Positions 16,511-23,708 of a stretch of DNA of 24,964 bases are shown in pieces (positions within the stretch are counted from its first letter, which is position 1; each line of letters opens with the position of its first letter). The position numbers and the translations under genes are program-made. The notes beneath the pieces are model-generated. The model saw only the letters and a list, made by a program, of their open reading frames with translations, was not told the origin of the DNA and did not search any database. Source of the DNA: Flavobacteriales bacterium UBA4585. Its GTDB lineage: Bacteria > Bacteroidota > Bacteroidia > Flavobacteriales > Schleiferiaceae. Location of the stretch: assembly GCA_949487015.1 (NCBI GenBank), contig CATAQZ010000034.1, forward strand, positions 1 to 24,964, written 5' to 3'.

Positions 16511-16582
16511 ACCCGAGATATCCGCTGTGGGGGATAACTAAAGTTTTATTTTCTTTGTGGCGATTATTAAACTATTCTAATC

Positions 16583-16819
16583 ATGTCTGAAATTGCAGGA
16601 AAAGTAACAGCTATCATCGTTGACAAATTAGGTGTTGACGAAAATGAAGTTAATGCAGATGCTAGCTTCACTAACGACCTAGGTGCGGATTCGCTAGACA
16701 CCGTTGAGTTGATCATGGAATTCGAAAAAGAATTTGATATCCAGATCCCTGACGATCAAGCTGAAAACATTGGCACAGTAGGTCAAGCTATCTCTTACAT
16801 CGAGGAAGCTTTAGCATAA
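16583..16819 (+). CDS. acpP: acyl carrier protein
   Basis: [26 protein letters not shown] with the phosphopantetheine Ser. Confidence 0.99.
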   Translation: MSEIAGKVTAIIVDKLGVDENEVNADASFTNDLGADSLDTVELIMEFEKEFDIQIPDDQAENIGTVGQAISYIEEALA

Positions 16820-16834
16820 GCAAAAGTCTTTTTT

Positions 16835-18085
16835 ATGAGCCTGAAACGCGTAGTAGTAACAGGGCTAGGTGCGCTCACGCCTGTGGGCAACACAGCCGAA
16901 GAAACTTGGACAAATCTCCTTGCTGGAAAATCCGGTGCCGGACCCATCACGAGATTTGATGCCTCATTATTCAAAACTCACTTCGCGTGTGAGGTGAAAG
17001 ATTTTGTTCCCAACGACTTGCTCGACCGCAAGGAAGCGCGTCGTATGGATCGATTTACACAATTCGGAATGGTAGTAGCGGATGAAGCTATTGCCGATTC
17101 CGGGTTGGATTTTGAAAAAGAAAACCCTGATCGTATTGGCGTTATCTGGGGTTCTGGTATCGGTGGTATCGATACGTTCTTTGACCAAGTCAAAGGGTTT
17201 GTTGATAACGATCTAAATCCTCGTTTTAATCCGTTCCTCATCCCGATGATGATTTCAGACATTACGCCTGGTCGCATCTCCATGAAGCATGGTTTACGCG
17301 GGCCCAACTACACTACAGTAAGTGCATGTGCATCTTCTACAAATGCACTTATTGATGCGTTCAACCTGATCCGACTAGGTAAAGCAGATGTCATCGTTAG
17401 CGGTGGATCAGAAGCTGCTATCAATCCTGTAGGAATGGGTGGGTTCAACGCAATGAATGCGCTATCCACAAGAAACGACGACCCAATGACCGCCTCGAGA
17501 CCGTTCGACGCTGAGCGCGATGGGTTTGTCATGGGGGAAGGCGGCGCAGGAATCATTTTAGAAGAGTACGAACACGCTAAAGCGCGTGGTGCTAAAATTT
17601 ATGCTGAAATGGTTGGCGGCGGCTTAAGCGCCGATGCACACCATCTTACTGCACCACATCCAGAGGGTTTGGGCGCGCGCAACGTGATGGCAAACGCCAT
17701 TGAAGATGCCGGTCTAAAGCCAGAAGATATAGACTACGTAAACGTTCACGGTACCTCTACACCACTTGGTGATATTGCTGAAACGAAGGCCATTCAAAAG
17801 GTCTTTGGAGAACACGCTTACCAACTGAATATTTCATCTACGAAAAGCATGACCGGTCACCTCTTGGGTGCTGCTGGTGCTGTTGAAGCTATGGCTTCCA
17901 TTATGGCTATCCATACCGGAATGGTTCCACCAACCATCAACCACTTCAACGATGATGAAAACCTTGATCCTAAACTTAACTTTACTTTCCATTCGGCTCA
18001 GGAGAGAGAGGTTAGAGCAGCGCTGAGCAACACCTTCGGTTTCGGGGGTCACAACGCCTCTGTCCTCTTCAAGAAAGCTGAATAG
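16835..18085 (+). CDS. fabF: 3-oxoacyl-ACP synthase II
   Basis: SACASS catalytic Cys, HGTSTPLGD, KSMTGHLLGAAG, SNTFGFGGHN. Confidence 0.98.
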   Translation: MSLKRVVVTGLGALTPVGNTAEETWTNLLAGKSGAGPITRFDASLFKTHFACEVKDFVPNDLLDRKEARRMDRFTQFGMVVADEAIADSGLDFEKENPDRIGVIWGSGIGGIDTFFDQVKGFVDNDLNPRFNPFLIPMMISDITPGRISMKHGLRGPNYTTVSACASSTNALIDAFNLIRLGKADVIVSGGSEAAINPVGMGGFNAMNALSTRNDDPMTASRPFDAERDGFVMGEGGAGIILEEYEHAKARGAKIYAEMVGGGLSADAHHLTAPHPEGLGARNVMANAIEDAGLKPEDIDYVNVHGTSTPLGDIAETKAIQKVFGEHAYQLNISSTKSMTGHLLGAAGAVEAMASIMAIHTGMVPPTINHFNDDENLDPKLNFTFHSAQEREVRAALSNTFGFGGHNASVLFKKAE

Positions 18086-18811
18086 ATGAGTAGATTTTCC
18101 CAGGTATTTCTTTCTTTAAAGCCGTCCCGGTTCAAAAATGAAATCAAGGGAATCATAGGGTATTGGCCCAAGGATCTTTCATTGTACAAACTTGCACTTC
18201 GTCATTCTAGTGCCTATCCTTTTCGAAAAAAGAAAGGTGAGCGGAACAATGAACGCCTCGAATATTTAGGAGACGCCGTAATCGATTTAGTCGTGGCAGA
18301 AGCGCTGTTTTACAGATTTCCTAAAGAAGATGAAGGTTATTTAACCAAGCTGCGTAGTAAATTGGTTTCAAGGAATAACCTGAATAGAGTAGCCGACGAA
18401 TTGGGTCTGCCCAATCTATTGGTAGCTAATTTAAAAGGCAATCACGGTGATAGTATTTACGGAGATGCTTTAGAAGCTTTAGTCGGGGCTATATACATTG
18501 ATCTTGGGCTTAAAAAGACGCAGTTTTTTGTCATGAAAACTATTGTCATTCCTTTTATAGAAGACTCCGATTTATTGTTGACTACCCACAATTACAAAAG
18601 TGAAATCATTGAGTATTTCCAGTCGAAAAAGCTCAGTTTCCGCTTTGAAGAGTTGGCTCGTTTAGGCGAGCAGCACAACAGCACCTTTACAATGGGTCTT
18701 TTTGTTGGTGACGAACTGGTTGCTCAGGGCGAAGGAAGTTCGAAGAAAAAAGGAGAGGAAGCCGCAGCAAAAATATTCTACAATCAAACAGCGGAGTTAG
18801 CAAATGGCTAG
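18086..18811 (+). CDS. rnc: ribonuclease III
   Basis: NERLEYLGDAV signature, GDALEALVGAIY, C-terminal dsRBD (NYKS...GEGSSKKKGEEAAA). Confidence 0.97.
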   Translation: MSRFSQVFLSLKPSRFKNEIKGIIGYWPKDLSLYKLALRHSSAYPFRKKKGERNNERLEYLGDAVIDLVVAEALFYRFPKEDEGYLTKLRSKLVSRNNLNRVADELGLPNLLVANLKGNHGDSIYGDALEALVGAIYIDLGLKKTQFFVMKTIVIPFIEDSDLLLTTHNYKSEIIEYFQSKKLSFRFEELARLGEQHNSTFTMGLFVGDELVAQGEGSSKKKGEEAAAKIFYNQTAELANG

Positions 18812-19289
18812 AGTCAAACATATAGATGCACTGTCTAAGCTGAAGATGAACTTCAGTGCTGTCGGTGTTCGCTCACCTCTAAAGGATTATGAATTAGCTT
18901 ATTGGTTAAACATTCAATACGGAATGCGTTTGGTCTGCAGGACTGAACCGGAAGATGAATGGGAGAATGATGTTGTCTGGGAATACAACGTTTTTGACGG
19001 CTCAGATCCCTTTGGGGAAGCTTTGTGCATGGTGGCAAATTTGAGCTCTGGAGCGCAAACCCAAGCCGAAGAAGCATGGAGCTTATTTGATAGCGTTCCG
19101 GAAAAGCATCTTTTACCTTCTGTTAAACACTGGGACTATGTTTTAATGGTGGAAAATGCGGACTTTGCGTTCGATTTGGAAACCGTCTTAAAAAGAAACG
19201 AAAGAATCACAACGGCTCAATATTTTGAGGCACACACACAACTAACACAACGAGAAACACATTTATTGTATGAAATTAGAAACCTCTAA
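18804..19289 (+). CDS. IPExxxVDY-family protein (function unknown)
   Basis: DYELAYWLN and degenerate LLPSVKHWDY motifs; position between rnc and pyk as recalled for Bacteroidota. Confidence 0.75.
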   Translation: MARVKHIDALSKLKMNFSAVGVRSPLKDYELAYWLNIQYGMRLVCRTEPEDEWENDVVWEYNVFDGSDPFGEALCMVANLSSGAQTQAEEAWSLFDSVPEKHLLPSVKHWDYVLMVENADFAFDLETVLKRNERITTAQYFEAHTQLTQRETHLLYEIRNL

Positions 19290-20703
19290 CAACACGAAGA
19301 TTGTTGCAACCATGGGGCCTGCGTCGTGGCATAAAGATGTCATGAAGGACATGATTATTGCGGGTGTAAACGTATTCCGGGTGAACTTCTCACACGGAGA
19401 CCACGAAACACACCGCCGCACTATTCGTTTGGTTAAAGAGCTCAACGAAGAGTTCAATTGCAAAACAGCCGTACTTGCTGATCTTCAAGGGCCAAAGCTT
19501 CGCATCGGTGATGTAGAAGAAGGAGCTGTTATCAATGAAGGGGATACCTTGACATTTACCACCAACAAAGTCGAGGGTACAGCAGAATTGGTTTATATGA
19601 ATTACCAAAAGTTTCCGCAAGACGTTAATACTGGTGAGCATATTTTGCTTGACGACGGTAAGTTGATGTGTGAGGTTTTGGAGACCAACAAAAAAGACAC
19701 AGTAATCACTAAGGTGATTCAAGGGGGTCCGCTCAAAAGCAAGAAAGGAGTTAACCTCCCTAATACGAAAGTCAGCTTGCCATGTTTGACAGAAAAAGAT
19801 CTTGAAGATGTTGTTGTCGCCATGGAAGAGGGTGTTGAGTGGATTGGCTTGAGCTTTGTTCGCGATGCTGACGACGTCAATGAACTGCGCAAAATCATAA
19901 ATGATTTTGGTTCGTTTGCAAAAATTGTCTCGAAAATTGAAAAGCCAGAGGCGGTTGTAGATATCGATAAAATTATTGATGCTACAGACGCCATTATGGT
20001 TGCTCGCGGGGATTTGGGCGTTGAAATCCCTTACTCTTCAGTACCAATGGTACAGAAAATGATTGTAGAGAAGTGCCATTTAAAGGCAAAGCCTTGTATC
20101 ATAGCAACGCAAATGATGGAGAGCATGATTGACAGCCAAAGTCCGACTCGTGCTGAGGTAAACGATGTAGCAAACTCTGTGTGCGATGGTGCAGATGCTG
20201 TAATGCTTTCGGGAGAAACATCCGTAGGTAAATTTCCAGCGAAGGTGGTGGAAACCATGGCGAGCATTGTGGCTCATGTAGAATCGACCTTTGATGTAAA
20301 GCCGAATATAGAAAATGAGCCCTCCGTTAAAAATGAACGTTATATAACCAAAACCATCTGTTATAACGCAGCTAAGATTGCTGATCAAATTGATGCGACA
20401 GCCATTTTAACAATGACATTCAGTGGTTATACCGCACTTAAAATTGCAGGACACCGTCCTAAGACTAAAATCATCGTCTTCACCGCCAACCGTCAAATTA
20501 TGAACCAAATGTCATTGGTTTGGGGAGTAGAGGCTTTCTTCTACGATAAAATGGAGAGCACTGATAAGAGTTTTAAGGACATTAAGGCGATTCTTAAAGA
20601 GAGTGGCACCGTTAAAGACGGTGACCTCATTGTAAACATAGCTTCTATGCCTATTGAAGAGCGCGGGTTTACTAACATGCTTAAAATATCCGCTATTGAT
20701 TAG
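19270..20703 (+). CDS. pyk: pyruvate kinase
   Basis: TKIVATMGPAS, RVNFSHG, DLQGPKLR, IMVARGDLGVE, ATQMMESM, DAVMLSGETSVG. Confidence 0.99.
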   Translation: MKLETSNNTKIVATMGPASWHKDVMKDMIIAGVNVFRVNFSHGDHETHRRTIRLVKELNEEFNCKTAVLADLQGPKLRIGDVEEGAVINEGDTLTFTTNKVEGTAELVYMNYQKFPQDVNTGEHILLDDGKLMCEVLETNKKDTVITKVIQGGPLKSKKGVNLPNTKVSLPCLTEKDLEDVVVAMEEGVEWIGLSFVRDADDVNELRKIINDFGSFAKIVSKIEKPEAVVDIDKIIDATDAIMVARGDLGVEIPYSSVPMVQKMIVEKCHLKAKPCIIATQMMESMIDSQSPTRAEVNDVANSVCDGADAVMLSGETSVGKFPAKVVETMASIVAHVESTFDVKPNIENEPSVKNERYITKTICYNAAKIADQIDATAILTMTFSGYTALKIAGHRPKTKIIVFTANRQIMNQMSLVWGVEAFFYDKMESTDKSFKDIKAILKESGTVKDGDLIVNIASMPIEERGFTNMLKISAID

Positions 20704-20709
20704 GTAGCC

Positions 20710-20717
20710 TATATTTG
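20710..20717 (+). promoter_or_regulatory. -7 promoter element (TATATTTG)
   Basis: Exact TAnnTTTG just after the pyk stop and before the terminator hairpin. Confidence 0.45.
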
Positions 20718-20727
20718 ATTATCCATG

Positions 20728-20758
20728 AAAAGCCCGGCGTTCGCCGGGCTTTTCTTAT
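20728..20758 (+). terminator. rho-independent terminator after pyk
   Basis: AAAAGCCCGGC-GTTC-GCCGGGCTTTT followed by a T-rich run. Confidence 0.9.
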
Positions 20759-20767
20759 TTTAATGCT

Positions 20768-21031
20768 ATGGAACTAACACAACATTTATGGAAAGAGCAA
20801 GAGTGGGCATTGCTACGCTCGTTCACATTTTCAACATTTATGAAAGCAATTGATTTTGTAAATGAGGTAGCGGCACTTTCAGAACAACAACACCATCATC
20901 CGAACATACACATTGACTATACATGTGTTCGCCTATCTCTTTCTACACACGACGATGGAAATATCGTTACAGCTAAAGACCATCAATTAGCTACCGCAAT
21001 AGACCTTCTCTACCAAAAGCATTGCTTATAG
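20768..21031 (+). CDS. pterin-4-alpha-carbinolamine dehydratase (PhhB-like)
   Basis: F.TF..AI.FVN.VA.L.E...HHP and LSTHD.G..VT.KD..LA..ID motifs. Confidence 0.93.
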   Translation: MELTQHLWKEQEWALLRSFTFSTFMKAIDFVNEVAALSEQQHHHPNIHIDYTCVRLSLSTHDDGNIVTAKDHQLATAIDLLYQKHCL

Positions 21032-22042
21032 TCCCGTTTTAAACTGCTCTAAAAAGCGTTTATCGTTTTCTGTGAATAGACGAATGTCTGGAATTTGATA
21101 GCGGTTCATGGCAATGCGTTCAATTCCCATTCCAAACGCATATCCAGTGTAAATCTCAGGATCAATACCACTAGCGCGTAAAACATTAGGATCAACCATG
21201 CCGCAGCCCATTACTTCGAGCCAACCGGTTCCTTTGGTAATCTTGTAATCTATCTCGTTCTCAAGACCCCAGTAAACATCTACCTCAGCGCTAGGCTCCG
21301 TGAAAGGGAAGTACGATGGTCGCATGCGTATTTTCGCTTTACCGAAAAACTCTTTAGCGAAGTACATAAGCACTTGCTTTAAATCTGCGAAACTCACGTC
21401 TTTGTCTATGTACAACCCTTCGATTTGATGAAAAATACAATGACTTCGTGAACTGATTGCTTCATTTCTAAAAACACGACCAGGGCTAATAGTACGAATT
21501 GGGGGCTGGTTATTTTCCATAGCACGAACTTGAACACTAGAGGTATGTGTCCTTAGTGCCCAGTCTGGATTGCGTTGAACAAAAAAGGTGTCCTGCATGT
21601 CTCGAGCAGGGTGCTCTTCAGGGAAATTTAATGCAGTGAAATTGTGCCAATCGTCCTCAACTTCAGGCCCTTCGCTAACATTAAAACCGATGCGCTTAAA
21701 AATATCTACAATCTCGTCTTTAATCGCATTAATTGGGTGAATAGCCCCTAGCTCCTGAGGTTGCCCGGGACGTGTTAAATCTCCGTTTTCCCCTACCACC
21801 GCAGCAGACTCTAATTCCTCTAAGGCCTCTTTGTGCTTGACCTCAGCAAGATCTTTCAAAGTGTTTAACGCTGCACCGAATGCCTTCTTTTGATCTGCCG
21901 GAACTTCTCTAAATGCTTTAAAAAGCTCCTGAATAGCACCCTTTTTGCTTAGGTACTGTAAACGGAAAATTTCAGCTTCTTCCTTGTTAGTGAGGGAGGT
22001 AGCTTCGACCTGACTTTTTAAATTTTCGACTCTTTCCAGCAT
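21026..22042 (-). CDS. pheS: phenylalanine--tRNA ligase alpha subunit
   Basis: HPARDMQDTFF, LRTHTSSVQVR, FHQIEGL, RPSYFPFTEPSAEVD, GYAFGMGIERIAM. Confidence 0.99.
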   Translation of the reverse strand: MLERVENLKSQVEATSLTNKEEAEIFRLQYLSKKGAIQELFKAFREVPADQKKAFGAALNTLKDLAEVKHKEALEELESAAVVGENGDLTRPGQPQELGAIHPINAIKDEIVDIFKRIGFNVSEGPEVEDDWHNFTALNFPEEHPARDMQDTFFVQRNPDWALRTHTSSVQVRAMENNQPPIRTISPGRVFRNEAISSRSHCIFHQIEGLYIDKDVSFADLKQVLMYFAKEFFGKAKIRMRPSYFPFTEPSAEVDVYWGLENEIDYKITKGTGWLEVMGCGMVDPNVLRASGIDPEIYTGYAFGMGIERIAMNRYQIPDIRLFTENDKRFLEQFKTGL

Positions 22043-22062
22043 AATTGGCCGTTCTAATACGT

Positions 22063-22081
22063 TAGCTTTGTTGTAGATTTG
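22063..22081 (+). promoter_or_regulatory. two tandem -7 elements (TAGCTTTG, TAGATTTG) for the lipoprotein pair
   Basis: Exact TAnnTTTG at 22063-22070 and 22074-22081, upstream of the ATG at 22104. Confidence 0.6.
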
Positions 22082-22082
22082 G

Positions 22083-22090
22083 CGAAATTA
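22083..22090 (-). promoter_or_regulatory. probable pheS -7 element (TAATTTCG)
   Basis: One mismatch to TAnnTTTG, about 40 nt upstream of the pheS ATG. Confidence 0.45.
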
Positions 22091-22103
22091 CAGAATTCCC
22101 CGC

Positions 22104-22454
22104 ATGAAACGATTTATTCTTTTAGTACTCATTGGATTTGTTCTTACCTCCTGTCAAGAAGAGGTGGTTGACGAATACTTCGTGAAGGTAAAAGTGGTTA
22201 ATGAGAATGGTGTGCCTATTCAAAACGCTGCTGTTAAAATGTTTGCACCAGTAGCTGGTGCTACAGAGTGGTATAATTTTACGGATCCTAGCGGTGAGCT
22301 TATCTTTCGTTCAGGGTTTGAAGCATATTATGACCTCAAAGCCTGGAAAATGATTTATGAAGGCTGTAACTACGTTCGACTTGTAAAAGGCGAGACAGTT
22401 GAAGTAAATGTTGTAATTTACCCCATCGGCGAACCAAACGGCTGTGTAGAATAA
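22104..22454 (+). CDS. hypothetical lipoprotein (beta-sandwich-like; paralog 1)
   Basis: Signal peptide with lipobox LTSC; alternating beta-strand pattern; KVVNENGVPIQNA resembles the start of carboxypeptidase-regulatory / prealbumin-like domains. Confidence 0.75.
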   Translation: MKRFILLVLIGFVLTSCQEEVVDEYFVKVKVVNENGVPIQNAAVKMFAPVAGATEWYNFTDPSGELIFRSGFEAYYDLKAWKMIYEGCNYVRLVKGETVEVNVVIYPIGEPNGCVE

Positions 22455-22822
22455 TGAAACGTATTATTGCTCTTTTTGCTTTTTCAGTGCTGCTCCTTAC
22501 CGGATGTCAGATTGAAAACCCTACTTATCCTTTTAGAATTAAAGTCACCAATCCTAGCGGTGTTGCTATTCAAAACGTAACTGTGGAAGCATCTGTTGAT
22601 GTTCCTGGCTACCGCGAAGAAGCCTATTTTATAGGCGTGACCGGGCTTGACGGTATTGTTGAATTCGAATACGATTATGAAGCCGTGTTTAAGGTTTTGG
22701 GAACAAGAGGTGAAAACCCTTTTACACATATAGGTTGTGGCTTTATCAAACTAGAGCCTAACAAAACTGTAGAAACAGAAATCGTCCTGTTGCCCTACGA
22801 TCCTAGTGATCCCGGGTGCTAA
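22454..22822 (+). CDS. hypothetical lipoprotein (beta-sandwich-like; paralog 2)
   Basis: Lipobox LTGC; TAATG overlap with paralog 1; clear similarity to paralog 1. Confidence 0.75.
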   Translation: MKRIIALFAFSVLLLTGCQIENPTYPFRIKVTNPSGVAIQNVTVEASVDVPGYREEAYFIGVTGLDGIVEFEYDYEAVFKVLGTRGENPFTHIGCGFIKLEPNKTVETEIVLLPYDPSDPGC

Positions 22823-22842
22823 TACTGACATTACATAAAGTT

Positions 22843-22870
22843 AAAAGCGGGCTAGTGGCCCGCTTTTTTT
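22843..22870. terminator. bidirectional rho-independent terminator
   Basis: AAAAGCGGGC-TAGTG-GCCCGCTTTTTTT between convergent genes, with A and T tracts on both sides. Confidence 0.9.
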
Positions 22871-23219
22871 ATACATAACCGTTCGATTTGAAATACTGTA
22901 CCACAGCTTCTTTCATCAATATCGTTTGCTCACCCGCTTTTAAATTTGGCAGTGGCTTTAACGATTTAAAATGCGGCCAACCTTCATCGTCTCGCTTTTC
23001 AAATTCGTAATAGCCAAAGGGCTCTAAAATGGTGCAAATGGCAATATGAAGCACGTTGATTTTTACGTCTTTCTTCATTTTTATGTAGCCCATTTGAAGC
23101 TCTTGCGTACCAATCAGAAGCAATACTCCATCTAAATCTAAATCTCCGTCTCCAGGAAACTGTTTCGTAAGTTTCTTTACTAATCGCTCCCAATCCTGCT
23201 TTAATTCTTCGCTTCTCAT
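22869..23219 (-). CDS. conserved Bacteroidota-type hypothetical protein (soluble, 116 aa)
   Basis: Clean ORF ending at a terminator. The L.LIG.QEL..G....KK..K..V.H.AIC..LEP.GYY......D..GWPH pattern looks like a family I recall from Bacteroidota but cannot name. Confidence 0.75.
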   Translation of the reverse strand: MRSEELKQDWERLVKKLTKQFPGDGDLDLDGVLLLIGTQELQMGYIKMKKDVKINVLHIAICTILEPFGYYEFEKRDDEGWPHFKSLKPLPNLKAGEQTILMKEAVVQYFKSNGYV

Positions 23220-23234
23220 TAATTTGCCGTCATT

Positions 23235-23708
23235 ATGGTTGGACTAGACCTTGTTATCGTTGTTTTCTGCGCCTTTCTTGTTGCTAAAGGTATATGGAAA
23301 GGCTTTGTAAAAGAAATTGCTGGAATCGTCGCCGTAATAGGCGGTGTCGCCGTCTCTTTTCTATTTCATGCTCAGGTGCAGCCGTATATATCTTCTTTTG
23401 TCGGAGAAAAGTATATTCAACTGGTTTCGTACATAATCATTTTCCTAGGTTTCTACCTGATTGTGATGATGCTCGGCAAGCTCCTAGATAAAATACTTCG
23501 TTCCATTATGCTCGGTGGAATTAATAGGGTACTTGGCGCCTTATTTGGGCTTATTAAAGCCTGTTTTTGGCTGACTCTTTTAACGTTTGCTTACACGAAA
23601 ATTCATCTTGGCATTGGATTCAACCACCCAGTGTGGGTGACCGATTCTATTTGTTATCCCTTCTTGCTCGACTTCGTTAGTGTTGGCGAAAGCTTGATAC
23701 CGGCTTAA
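23235..23708 (+). CDS. cvpA: CvpA-family (colicin V production) membrane protein
   Basis: LDLVIVV...GIWKGFVKEI...LGGINRVLGALFGLIK; four hydrophobic helices. Confidence 0.9.
   Translation: MVGLDLVIVVFCAFLVAKGIWKGFVKEIAGIVAVIGGVAVSFLFHAQVQPYISSFVGEKYIQLVSYIIIFLGFYLIVMMLGKLLDKILRSIMLGGINRVLGALFGLIKACFWLTLLTFAYTKIHLGIGFNHPVWVTDSICYPFLLDFVSVGESLIPA

Noticed and set aside
20719-20727. TTATCCATG DnaA-like box after pyk
   Set aside because: Two mismatches, and the same string occurs inside coding DNA at the atpF start, so it is probably background.
23235-23708. cvpA as evidence of a bacteriocin locus
   Set aside because: CvpA is a widespread housekeeping membrane protein; no bacteriocin, immunity or exporter genes are nearby.
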